Assembly: GCF_009834535.1 (NCBI RefSeq)
Contig: NC_045697.1
Location: 115,260,001-115,324,000, forward strand
DNA: 64,000 nt
From: Camelus ferus
Lineage: Eukaryota
Direction: 5' to 3'
In this document: positions 38,525 to 50,050 of the stretch, piece by piece
Layout of the letters: each line of letters begins with the position of its first letter
Numbering within the stretch: the stretch's first letter is position 1
Made by a program: the position numbers and the translations under genes
Notes under the pieces: generated by a model
What the model was told of the DNA's origin: nothing
The model's input: the letters and a program-made list of their open reading frames with translations, nothing else
Database searches by the model: none

Positions 38525-39659
38525 TAAAATAGAATAAAGCAACACCACAGTGAGAAATGAATTTTATGAATAGAAAGATATGCATGGGGGAAGGAGAGGA
38601 GACACTTAAAGTCCTTTTGGACCCTCCCTCATCCAGAGATCTTTACTGTAACTTACTCACTGTATCCTTTTTGTTCTGGATACCAAAGTCAGTTAGCCAC
38701 AGACGCTTATATCAAGACTATGCAAAACATCGCATGCATCACCTAGAGATGGATTTTTTTTTTAATGAAGAATTTCAATAATTGCTGGTAACTGAGCTCA
38801 ATACCAAACAAATGGTATAATTTGTTGGATGATGTCTTAGAAAATAAAATGGGAAAATTGCTTGAAAGCTGTCCTAATTTTCAGGCTCACAGAAATCGTT
38901 TAGTGGCAGGGAGAGTTCATGAACAAGCCTTGTATCCGCAGTTAGGGAATTTTACATTCTTTCTAGCATTTTTGGCATCGTGGGTTTTGTTCTGTGCTTG
39001 TCCATCACTATATACTTGCACTTACAATGCCACAAGAACAATTTCTTTTTTCATTAAACATAACAAACAGACACATAAACCCAAAGCCTAAGGTTATATA
39101 ATTTCAACACAACGTAAAAAATTAGAGCGAATTTCAATGTGGGGTTTTCTTGCATAAAATATATTCTAATGTGAATTTTAGCGTATATGTTGAAAATAAT
39201 TCTAGGCTGATTGTTGAAGACTTAATTTCTCCCTCTATGTGATAAACTCTACTACTTTTAGAAAGTTCATCAGTCTATCTATTTTCTATTCCACTAAGTA
39301 CCTCTTAACTGTCAATGTATTATTGAATTTGAAACTTGGATAGTGACTGGTACTTTACTAGTGCTTAATAAAACCTTTTTGATTAAAGGGAAAAGTAATC
39401 ATTACTTCACAATGTATCATTTTAATTACTCATCTGAACCTTAATTTTCAATAAGTGTTTCTCATATAATACTTTATTTGAAAATATAAATTATATTTAT
39501 GTCTCCATAATGTTAATTATGCTAATATCTAAGTCTAATGTAGTTTTGTATTTCTTTATTTGTAAATTGAGGGCTTGGGACTAAACAGCCCCTAGTAATT
39601 AAAAAGAAGGTATTTTTAATATTTTATATTGAATAAATATACATGAAAAGAGATCCTAA

Positions 39660-41350
39660 TTCTGTTATGGTATGTACTTACAGTATAAGCCTCCCCAACC
39701 CCATCCTTTCTACTAATGACACCTAAAATATACGTAAAATAAGAAAAAGCAACTGCCTGGAGTCTTTAAAGAGTAAAGAAAAACAGATTTGATTGTCGAA
39801 GGATGTCACCGTTGTTATTGTTTCCTTTCCCATGGCTCCACCCCTAGGTTTTGATCTCATTGCAGAGAAGTGCAGAAGTGTGGAGAGAATAACATGACAG
39901 GAGAAATTCCATCTTCCAGTCCAGAGGAACCAGAAAAAAAGATGCTCTATGGACATAGAGTATAGGACAGTCCCAGAAGGAAGAGAGTTGGAGGAGATTC
40001 CCTAATTCTTGATATGAAACCTCATGTCTTAGCCTAATAATGCCTAAGCTACACAGCATGGGGCAGACCCAAGTAGCCTTGGAAAGCTGAACTGACAATT
40101 GAACCATCTGCATAAGTCTCAGACTAGCCTCTGAATAATGCGCAGACCAACACTGAAATAGCAAAGACTTAGAGCAGCAAAGGGAAGCAAATGTAAAGTG
40201 AAGAACAAGAAAAGATAAACAATAAAATGTTTCACCACTGAAAATGAAATATAAAAAAAGTCAAATAGGAAATCTGGATATGTCTAGCATAGTATACGGG
40301 GGAGAAAAAAAGCCTTACTGAATGGCATCCATAGTAGAATGAATGACAGAAGAGTCAGTTAAAATTGACCAGCATAATTTTTTGCAACTTGAAGAATAGA
40401 GAAAAAAAGAGATTGATAACAAGTGAACAGATTTTAACACACCCATGGGAAATCAAAAAGTCTAACATATGTGCAATTAGACTCCCAGAATGAAATGAGA
40501 AAGATCAGGGAAAAAAATCACATTTGTGTATATTGATGATGTATTTATTTCTAAATTTACATATATATATCTATAGATAGCAAACAAACACATACATATG
40601 TGAAATAATGGCTGAAAACTTCATAAATATGGTAAAAACCATCCATTTACAGATCCCAGAAGCTCGGGATTTCCAAGAGGATAAACGCAAATACCACACC
40701 TACAGAAATCGTAATCAAACTGCTAAAAACTATAGAAAAAGAAAAACCTTTGAAGCAACGCAACTAGAAAAAGACAAAAAGTTAACAATGATAGTTAATT
40801 TGTCATGGAAAGCCACTGTAGCTAGAAGACAGTGGAACAGCATCTTTAAAGCACTCAAATAAAAGAACTGTCAATCTAGAGTTCTATGTTCAGTGAAAAG
40901 GTCCTGTAGGTGCTGAATGGAAGCAAACATATTCTCTGTAACATGAAGGGTGATACAAGATCTACATGCCTTCAAGAAGTCTATGTATTATCTGAAGTAG
41001 TACAAAATTAGCCCTTAGTAGACTCTGAACATTTGTGTGTATATATGGCAATCTCTAGAGCAAGCAGGAAAAAATTCAGTAGTTACAATGGAATACTAAA
41101 AATTACATATGAATAACTCAAAATAGGATAGGAAAAGAGCAGAGGTATGCAAAATGGAGAAATAAAAATGAAACAAATGATAAAATTGCAGATCTAAATC
41201 ATAACCTATCAATATTTATATTGTGTTATAATATAAAAATCCCAATTTAATTGTAAAAATAAGGTGAATGAAAAAGCGAGACCCTATAATGTTACTTTAA
41301 AAAGACACACTTACATATAAAGAGAAAGATAGGTTGAAAGTAAACAGATG
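39660..41350 (+). mobile_element. Old L1 5' region, ORF1 and start of ORF2
   Basis: ORF 40608-40862 MAENFINMVKTIHLQIPEA...ARRQWNSIFKALK is ORF1p-like; aagacacacttacatataaagagaaagataggttgaaagtaaacagatg is endonuclease-like. Confidence 0.78.
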
Positions 41351-41534
41351 TAATATAATACAATTAAATTGCTTGTTAATACTGACTTTGAGACTCTATG
41401 GTTCTGTTAGGTATACTAATTGCAATTAATTTAAAAAACACTCTTTCTTTCAGATTATAAGTTTGCTATATGGAGAAATGTGGGGTAAAACCAAATCTAA
41501 AAGGGAAAGTGAAAATCTCATATAGTCATAGTAA

Positions 41535-41873
41535 TGTGAAAATTTATTAAACAGAAACCTCCATTAATTAGAGTTAGGAGACCAGAAGATGGGGCAAACG
41601 TGCCCTGTGATGACAGCAGAGCCCAACAGGAAGAAGAAAGTACCCTCTTCTTTCTTGGCAAAGAGTCAGAGGATGGAAATCATGAACCCTGTGTTTACTA
41701 CAGCCCCCCGACTTCCTTTTCCCTCGATAAAAGTGCCCCTCTTCCCTTGCCAAGCAGAGACTTGCATGTGGCTCACCATGTTTTCAGATCCAGAATTGCA
41801 ATTCTCTGCTGATCACAAATAAACCCATCTTTGCTGGAGAAATATCTATCAGTCTGTTTATTCCAGGTCAACA
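41535..41873 (+). mobile_element. ERV1-class solo LTR
   Basis: TGTGAAAA...AATAAACCCATCTTTGCTGGAGAAAT...GGTCAACA with a perfect 4-bp TSD GTAA (41531-41534 / 41874-41877). Confidence 0.88.
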
Positions 41874-42959
41874 GTAAGAGACAGAGATCTACAATCTATC
41901 AATGACTTCGTAATTAAAGCAGTAATTTTACATTTGATAGGGAAACATAAAATTCACATCCCTAAATAATCTTTTGAAACTCTCTAAATCAAAGTCTGAT
42001 TTTAGTAAGACATTGTGAATAATTCAGAGTAAATTTAAATAAGTATAAATTCTGACATAATTTTTACAGTGCAGAAGATGATAGCACTGACCCAACTAAA
42101 ATTACTGAATTACTGAGAAGTATGAATAGTCCACTTAAAATACAGAATGTACTCAAGTGATGACTTCAAATATGGTATTTAGTTCTGGAAACAGGATTCA
42201 GCACACAAATCTGAATCGTCTGTATGAGTCAGAGTTACTGACTGCAATGAATTCAGAACTATTGAGGGTTTTATTAAAATGTGAAGCCCCAAAACTACTT
42301 TGAGCCATATTACAGATACTTGTTTTCCAGGAGCAATATAATGAAAAGTTTGATTAAATCAGTTGTAAAGACTACCTTCAAGTTAGCTTCGAGATTAAAG
42401 TTGATACCACCTTGGAATTTGAAGCTTAAACAACTGATGAACATTTATTGAAGCCATAGGCTAAAACTACATTCAACTATATCTCAGGTTGAAAAAAAAG
42501 GCAGCCAAACTTGAAAATAAGCCCTTATGGAATGACAAAGTCAAAAGATGTGTTATGAATTTCTCAAGAGTCATACAAGAACAAATAAATTGAGAACATG
42601 ATGTTAAGCTGGTGATTTTCTTTAAAGTTAGTTGATAGAATTAGAAGCAGACATGAAAGTAATCTGGCCATTTCCATGGTCTTTTCCCTATAATTATAAA
42701 GATAATAACTCTAAGGTTTTTTTGTTTGTTTGCTTTGTGGTTTTTTTTTTTTTTCTGTTTGTTTAATTCACACTGTATTGGCTGGTAAAAAATACTGTGA
42801 ATAATTATTCAAAAAGAGATGAGAAGTTTTATGTTTGATTGTTATTCTGTATCATGGTATTGATTAGAAAAAAAAATGTGTGGCTATGTGCCAAATTTAG
42901 AGCCAGCATGCTTGTCAGATGGCAGAAGTTCCATTTTAGCAAAAATAAGTTTTAAGTAG

Positions 42960-43220
42960 ACAGTTACACGTATCAGTCTAGTGGTCTTGGGTATTCGCTT
43001 AAGATAGAAAATTTGGAGAATGGAGACTTGAGAGGTTAAGACCTCTGGGATGAAAGATAAACTAGAAAAAAGATGCAGACAGAGAAGAGCACAGGGGAAT
43101 TATAAAATTTAAAATTCAAGTAAAAGAGAAAAAGTGAAAGGGACTGAAAGCTACAATCCTGTGAAGCTGAAGGAAAACCAGGAGACTGGCAACAAAGAGA
43201 CCAAGTGAAAGATGAAGGAA
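42960..43220 (-). mobile_element. L2 fragment
   Basis: Purine-rich degenerate L2-like sequence (agatagaaaatttggaga; ggaaaaccaggagactgg). Confidence 0.45.
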
Positions 43221-43254
43221 GCCAGATAGTGGCTTAAAGCTGGATTCCAATATG

Positions 43255-43345
43255 TTTTATTTATATATATATAAATATAAATATATATATATAATAAATA
43301 TATATATAAAATATATAGAGATACTATATATTATATATTATAATA
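43255..43345. repeat. (TA)n-rich tract
   Basis: Read directly. Confidence 0.9.
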
Positions 43346-44389
43346 CTAATCAATAAAATATAGAAAAATACATTAGAAATGACCAGAGGATATGGGTTGA
43401 CCGTTAAACAAAATACAACAAACAGAGCAGTAGGTGAGATAAAATTGTCTAATAATTTGTAGGACTAGATTTGGGACAACTCTATTTTTTTGGTTAGTTA
43501 ATTAATTAATTAATTCTTTTTGACTGAAGTATAGTTGACTTTGGACAACTCCATATTGTTGTTAAATCTGATTTCCATGGAAACACTCTGTAATGAAAAG
43601 AGAATGTGGAAATTCCCCAAATACCTCATTAACAAATCCTTACTTCCTTAATTAACCCTGGGAGGATATAATACTTAGGTTTGAAGAGAGACTCACCAGA
43701 CAAACTAAAGCTAAAAGCAAAAGAAAGAAAAACTGAGCAATAAAGAAAACATGGAGAGGAAAATTTCCATGTGTTAACTTTAATATATAAAACAATTAAA
43801 GGTAACCATTAAAATGATTAGTGTGGTGGACTATCTTCCCAGCAAACTACCATTTAACTAGAAAAAAAAATTAGAAAAATCGATCATTTAAAATTTCTGG
43901 GACTTTTAGGTCTCTGGAAAAAAGCATGCAGCAAATGAAGAGATGTTCATTCAGAAAAATCTGCTAAATCTCAGTGAAAAGTGGGATTTTATGGCATTTG
44001 AGCCACAATCTTTGGTTGGCATTTTCTTTGGGTGGGAATTTCTTTTAGGGTCTGAGTTTTGGAAGCATGGGATGCTTTCTAATTGGCTTTCAAGTACTTT
44101 AGTCAGTCTTTGCTCAAGTCTCTGTCCCCCTGCTATTTTCCTGGGGGTTTCCAGTCTGGGCAAGGTCATAAGGTTCTTTTTCTGTTTCAGTGGGAAGAAG
44201 GTCTGGTCCATGGTTTTGGGGCATGTGTCTCACGTAAGCCATTCTCAGTTCATACTTAGGTCATTCCCTCAACTGGGCTTGAGAGGTTGACCATTGTTTG
44301 GGTTCCTGTGGCGCCTCCAGATTGTGAATCTGGGTCAGCTAACTGGATTAAAATTCAGGAAAACTGGATCCTAATGTTGGTTTTCACCT

Positions 44390-44512
44390 ACTGACTTTGC
44401 TACTGTGGAAAATTTGAGTAACTGTTTGGGGCTCATCTCCTCAAATATAAAGTGAGTAGTTGGATAAACTAATCTTATTCAAATTCCCTAAAGTTAAAAT
44501 TCAATGAATCTA
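44390..44512 (+). mobile_element. MIR/MIR3 fragment
   Basis: gggctcatctcctcaaatataaagtgagtagttggataaactaatc...aaaattcaatgaatcta. Confidence 0.55.
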
Positions 44513-44616
44513 TCATTTTGGTAAATTCAGTGAAAGCTTGGACCTAGATTTCCATGGTAACTTTATTGTGCAATATTAATTTATTAAAGAAGCTGCTCAA
44601 TGTAAAACTGAGCTTT

Positions 44617-44814
44617 AAAAATTTTTTATTGCAGTTTAGTTGATTTACAATATTAGTTTTGGGTATACAGCAAAGTGATTCAGTTAAATATGTACATACA
44701 TATATATTTCTTCTTTTCAGATTCTTTTCCATTATATGTTATTACAAGCTACTGAATATAATTCCCTGTGTTATACAGTAGGTCCTTGTTTATCTGTTTT
44801 GTATATAGTGATGT
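44617..44814 (-). mobile_element. Short L1 3' end
   Basis: ttttttattgcagtttagttgatttacaatatt...; perfect 14-bp TSD taaaactgagcttt (44603-44616 / 44815-44828). Confidence 0.93.
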
Positions 44815-47800
44815 TAAAACTGAGCTTTTGCTGCAATATTTTCAAGCAGAGTTAATTTGAGCATTCTAAGTTGTGTGGCTAAATAATCTTTCCTCTGAAA
44901 TCTTCCACTCTATCCAACAACTCAACATATTGTAATTCTAACTTCATTTGTTAATGTATAACAAATCACCTTAATTAGCATGTAAAGTCAAGATGGTTGT
45001 ATTCTTTTTATTACTTTTGTTTATTGCTTTGAAACACTGACATCTTTTATATGCTTTCTTATTTTCACTCATTACATACTTCTAACATGAGCAAAAATGT
45101 TATAAAGACTATTTTTCATGCTAATGAGCAACTCCAATGAGTGAATCAGTGTAAGGGATGTTGCCAATTTGAAATCTAACTCAATGATTCTAAATTTTCT
45201 TTTATTGAAGATATCAAAATTTTCTCGCTTTTTTTTTTGAGTCCCTGTTGAATCCATTTTGTTGCATTTGATACTTTTTTGGACTCTTTGTTTTTATATG
45301 AGCTTTTAAATTCCAGGCAGTCTTTTTTTTTTTGTATAGATTATTCAATCTACATGAAATCTCTGAATACTTACCCTTCTTCAGATCGAGCTGGATGATC
45401 ATCACAGAAGAAGAAGATGTTCATGCAGGAATTAAAATGATTTCTCATACTTGCAGACAGAATGTGAAATAAAAAGATTTTTCCTATTTTTTTTATCATT
45501 TTTCACTAACATTCCCCACAACATGAACTTAAATACACAGGCAGCATATAAAACTGACACTTCTCTTGCCTCCATCAATTTTTAATAATACTCGAATCTG
45601 TGATTCTTATAATTGCAGACTTAAGGAGACTCAATCAATTTTCTCTCAGAGAAAAATATATCTAAAGAGAACATCAATCCACATGCACTTAAGAATTTTT
45701 CCCCTTTTAAGTCAAGAGATTAATTATTAAAGTCAAACTCAAAAATTCACCAGAAGGCTTGTCAAAGTGAAAACTGAAAACTGGTCCTATTCCACAGACA
45801 TGAATGTATATGTCAGATTTGGTTTCTGACTTTAATGCACATTTAAACTGCATTTTTGCCCTTCCAGAAATAAATTTGAAATGTATTCTCTTTTCAGTAA
45901 GAAAAATAAATGGAATACTGGCTACCAAGTTTTGTAAGTATATGCCACACTGAGAATCATTCACTTGGGAAATGATACAAATATATTGAAATATTTTGTC
46001 AAAGCTTTTCCATATTTGTAAGGAGTTCTAACCTCATACTTCTTTAAAAATATTTTTGATTCCTTCTATTCCGTCAAGTCCTTCATTTTATGATTAAATT
46101 ATGTAATGAATTAAGCACGAATATTGTAGCTGAAATCCAAGGCAGAAAACTGTTTAGGGTCACAGCAATTAACTCCGAGTCATGCAGTAGGGCAAATGAG
46201 TTTATAGTTACGAGGATGAGCCCTGAGGATGCTGTACTCTGAGACCCTTCAGGTCAACATCTCAGTCAGCAGGTTAATACTTAATTCCTTGACTGATGTC
46301 GTGAAACCTGAGTGTGGCAGTGGGGATATCTCTGTGTTCTTCCCCTAGACTCAACTGGTTTACCATCAAGCTATTGCTAGACCAGAACCCCAGTCATTCT
46401 GTTAAATTATCAACACATGTCTTCTTTTTGGGGAAGCACGTGTCTATGAAAGTGGTCTAAAAATGTTAAAACTCTTTGACCATCATGTTACACAATTATC
46501 TAAAATAAACAACTGGTAGTATTTTTACATATTTTTTTTAACAGAAACAAATTTCAGAATCTGCAATCACTTTATGCCTGAAATGTCTCCTTTTGACAAA
46601 GTCACAAATGACACACTTCAGAACGATGTTCTAGCCTTCTACACAGCCTATCTCTCCCACTTGTATACGTTCTTTATCTTTTATCCCACCCCCCAAATTG
46701 TGAAAACCTGACACAGAATCAATTAAATTTATGGTCATAATTTCCTAGGGTTTGTTGAGATCGTCATAGATGAAAATTTGTGCTTTTTTCATATCCAGAT
46801 TCTGTTTTTTTCATAAACAAATGAAAGAGAATCAGGAGTCAGGCCAATGAAGAGTAAAATGCCAGTGAGTTTTTGTTCTTTTTTTCCTCTATTTCCCCAT
46901 GGTAGTGTTTAGGTGTGCAGCAAAAATGGGTTTGCTAATGCTGAACACCAGAGTTCTGGGCTTTTCCATCCCGTCTCAAGTAGCTCTAGCCAACTGAAAG
47001 ACTTTTTCCAAAGAGTAGGGCCCTTTAAATGCTAAATTTAATGCAAATTCCAGAGCACGTGGTCTCCGCAGGTAGACAAGTCTGAGGACGGAGGCATATC
47101 TGCTGTGAAATTTGCATTATCCTCAATAATGAGGTAAGTCAGTACCTAAAAGAACAGAAAGAGTTGAAGAGTCTTTGATAAATGCACGGGCCTCTTCAAA
47201 AAGCCCCAGCTTTTTTTTTTTTTTTTTTTAATTCACTGAGCTCAACCATTAATGCTATAATCAAAGAGAGTGATTCAGTCTATTGGGACAGGGAAGAAAG
47301 GATCCCAAAACAAAGATAGCTGTTTTATAAATGCTCCTAGAAAGCATAAGAGCCTAAAATGGGTTATAACCGTGCGTTAATTAAGTTAATTACAAGGCCA
47401 CCATTCTGTATTCAAGGCTGAAATTTCATTTCTTCTTTTACTTCCCATTCTAATGTTTTCTAGCCATGTTCTTTAATATAGCCTTTCAGAAGCCCTTCAG
47501 TGATATTAAATACTTAACGATGAAACTCCCATACGATGCGCCAGAAAATGTTGCCCCACATTTGAAATAACTATCTCGTATTACCAAATTCTCCTGGAGA
47601 AATTAAAGCTACAAGTTAAAAATTTTTTTTTTGAGAATTAAAGGTCAAATAAACTTGAGGGAAAAGCCAAGTTCTCTTTCCATATTGATTTGGAGTTAAA
47701 AAAGTAAAGTACAAAATGCAACCTGCCTAGTTTATGAATAAATTATTTGTCTTCTAAAAAGAGGACCAACACTTAGCTAGATTGCTTTTGTGCTTTTTTT

Positions 47801-48359
47801 GCATCTTCTGCCTCAGCTGCCTCTAACTGGTAGAAAGCCGGTTCAGTTAAAGCTTCAGGAGTTGTACTGGTCCAAATGTAAGGCTCTACCATATTCACTA
47901 TAAAGAATACATCCTGATAAAAGGACACAGGACCATCACGGAACTGGCACTACATGTACTGAATTTAGAGAAAGTCAATCCCCAGAGCCTAGAGCAGGTG
48001 TGTTACGTGGACTTTTATTCCATATTGTGTCATTGGATCTGCTGCTCAGTGATTCTGGCTTCATGAGAATGCAGTCAAGGCAGCTTAACCAGAATCCATC
48101 TTTAGGACATCTGAGCATGTGTGTGTGCACGTAGAGGTGAAGGGTGGCCCTCAAAAGTACAGTAGGGCCATTTCTGCCTTCATTTAAAGTTTATAAATTT
48201 AATGTGATGACAATTCCAGTCACTGGATATTAAGTGAGATGCTTTTCATTTTCTTTTCTATACACTCAGAATTCTTACCTTGCATTTTATATTTGAGTCC
48301 TGTGTTTTGACACTCAAGTGTTGTCCAGTCTCAGTGTTTGTGTCAGCTTCACAATGATC

Positions 48360-50050
48360 CTCAGGGGCTTCTCGGACTGAATCGATACTTCTTAAATTTA
48401 TGTCCCAGAGTCAGAAGAACCAATATCCCTGCCATGTGCTCGTCAAGACAGTTTAATTTCAGTCTTTAAACTCCAAAGCTGCGGTTGTAGATTATACAGT
48501 CAATGCAAACCCCGGTTAATTACAGGCCATGTCCTAAGAGGGTGGAATCTCGAGCCTGTGAACCAGCCACAGAAATGCCAGGTCATCTCCCCAAGTACCC
48601 ATGCTTGTTTCTGAATGCAGAACGTAACATGTCAACGTGGTCTAAATAACCAGATCTAGACGATCACCCGTGCTCTGTGGCTCAGGCAGAGATCAGATGC
48701 CGTGACATTTGACATCCCATCCCATAGATAGGGCTGATAATGAAGGAAAGCAATATTTTTGTTTCATTTTGTTTTTTGCCAACGTGTGTCAAAATATTTC
48801 TACCCCAAAATCCCCGTCCTTTACGGAAGTCTAGATTGTGCCCGTTCATTTCCAGTCACGCTACAAGAACATGCACCACGAAGCCTGAGCCTTTCTAGCT
48901 AATTCTGTCCTAATGCAGCCTTCTTTTTATAAAAATCAACACTGGCCCATATAAAAAGAGTCATAAGGTAGAGAGGACTGCCAACATCAAAATCCCGCGT
49001 AGTCCACTTGCTTAAAGTTTAAAGGCTGCAGCCGTGAAAAGCCAACCACACTACTGAGAAGAGTCAGCTGGCATGATATGGGCCCCATAAACCTTCCAGG
49101 CAAAGCAGCAACCACCATTACTCCGACTATAACGATAAATTATCACTGCCTGTCTTAGTTCAGTGCCACCAACGTTCACAGTCCCTTCCCTGGCAGTTCC
49201 AAGCCTCAGTCATGCCAAGTCACTTTGATCCATGCACTTCTCCTTTTAAGTCTCAAAGTCTTGATCGATACTCAAGTTACTAACACTTCACCTCGGATTT
49301 GAACTTATCTTCCCCAAACTGCAGGCCTCCCCAGCTGAAGACCTTGCCCTGTAAAACTCAAAGCACTAAAAACCAAACAAAAAAGTGAGATCCGAAGAGC
49401 TCATTTCAGGCTGCTGGGGCATCAGGCAATTACGGACTTCTAACAGCGAACTGTAGAATTAGACAGATGGCCCGCCCAGACACCGTCGTGCTGAGAACCT
49501 CCAGGTATCTCCCAATTAGACAGAGCTTTGACTTCTAAGCTTCTTCTGATTGGGAGCAAATCAGAGGACCTGCTCTCTGCAGGGAAGAAGTTTCACAGAA
49601 TGGAGTTACTGAGATGCCTGGCTCCTCTGTGCCAAACTCAAAATCACCCAACATTTCTCTTCGAGGGAAGAGTGAGGCAGCAGAGAGAATAGACGGTCTC
49701 CTTGGGACAAAAATGTCAATAATTGAGAATAAATGCTTCCCCCAACAAGGCTCATGGAAATATGCCACAGGTCAGAGCTTTAAGCAGGGCCCACGGTGCC
49801 CACGCAGGGAGAGTTTACTTCACACAGCGGAGGCATCACAGAGTTACGTAACTTAAGAGGAGTCCAACTCCGTTAAATGACACAGTCCCACTTAACTGTC
49901 CCCTTTAGGTATTTGTTCTCACAACGTGATATTGTTAGGAGCTGGTGATCAAAAGATGAGTCATGAGTGATCTCTGATCTCCCCCCGGAGCTCATGACAA
50001 AGATGATGGAGAAATAAGTGCAAAGTAAAATGTAAAACAGCCGGTGGGAA
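48360..50050. promoter_or_regulatory. CpG-retaining unique region; candidate promoter or enhancer
   Basis: About 40 CpG by manual count in about 1.7 kb, versus 1-2 in the first 1.7 kb of the window; GC box, paired CCAAT boxes, bZIP, MYB and AP-1 motifs at 49471-49964. Function is inferred only. Confidence 0.45.

Noticed and set aside
43943..44375. Overlapping 115-aa and 86-aa ORFs in a slightly GC-richer patch
   Set aside because: No recognisable homology; probably an old ERV/LTR fragment that I cannot assign.
47072..47133. Plus-strand 62-nt mini-exon (VDKSEDGGISAVKFALSSIM) ending at a perfect donor
   Set aside because: The acceptor has almost no polypyrimidine tract and I found no partner exons; noted only within the octamer-cluster finding.
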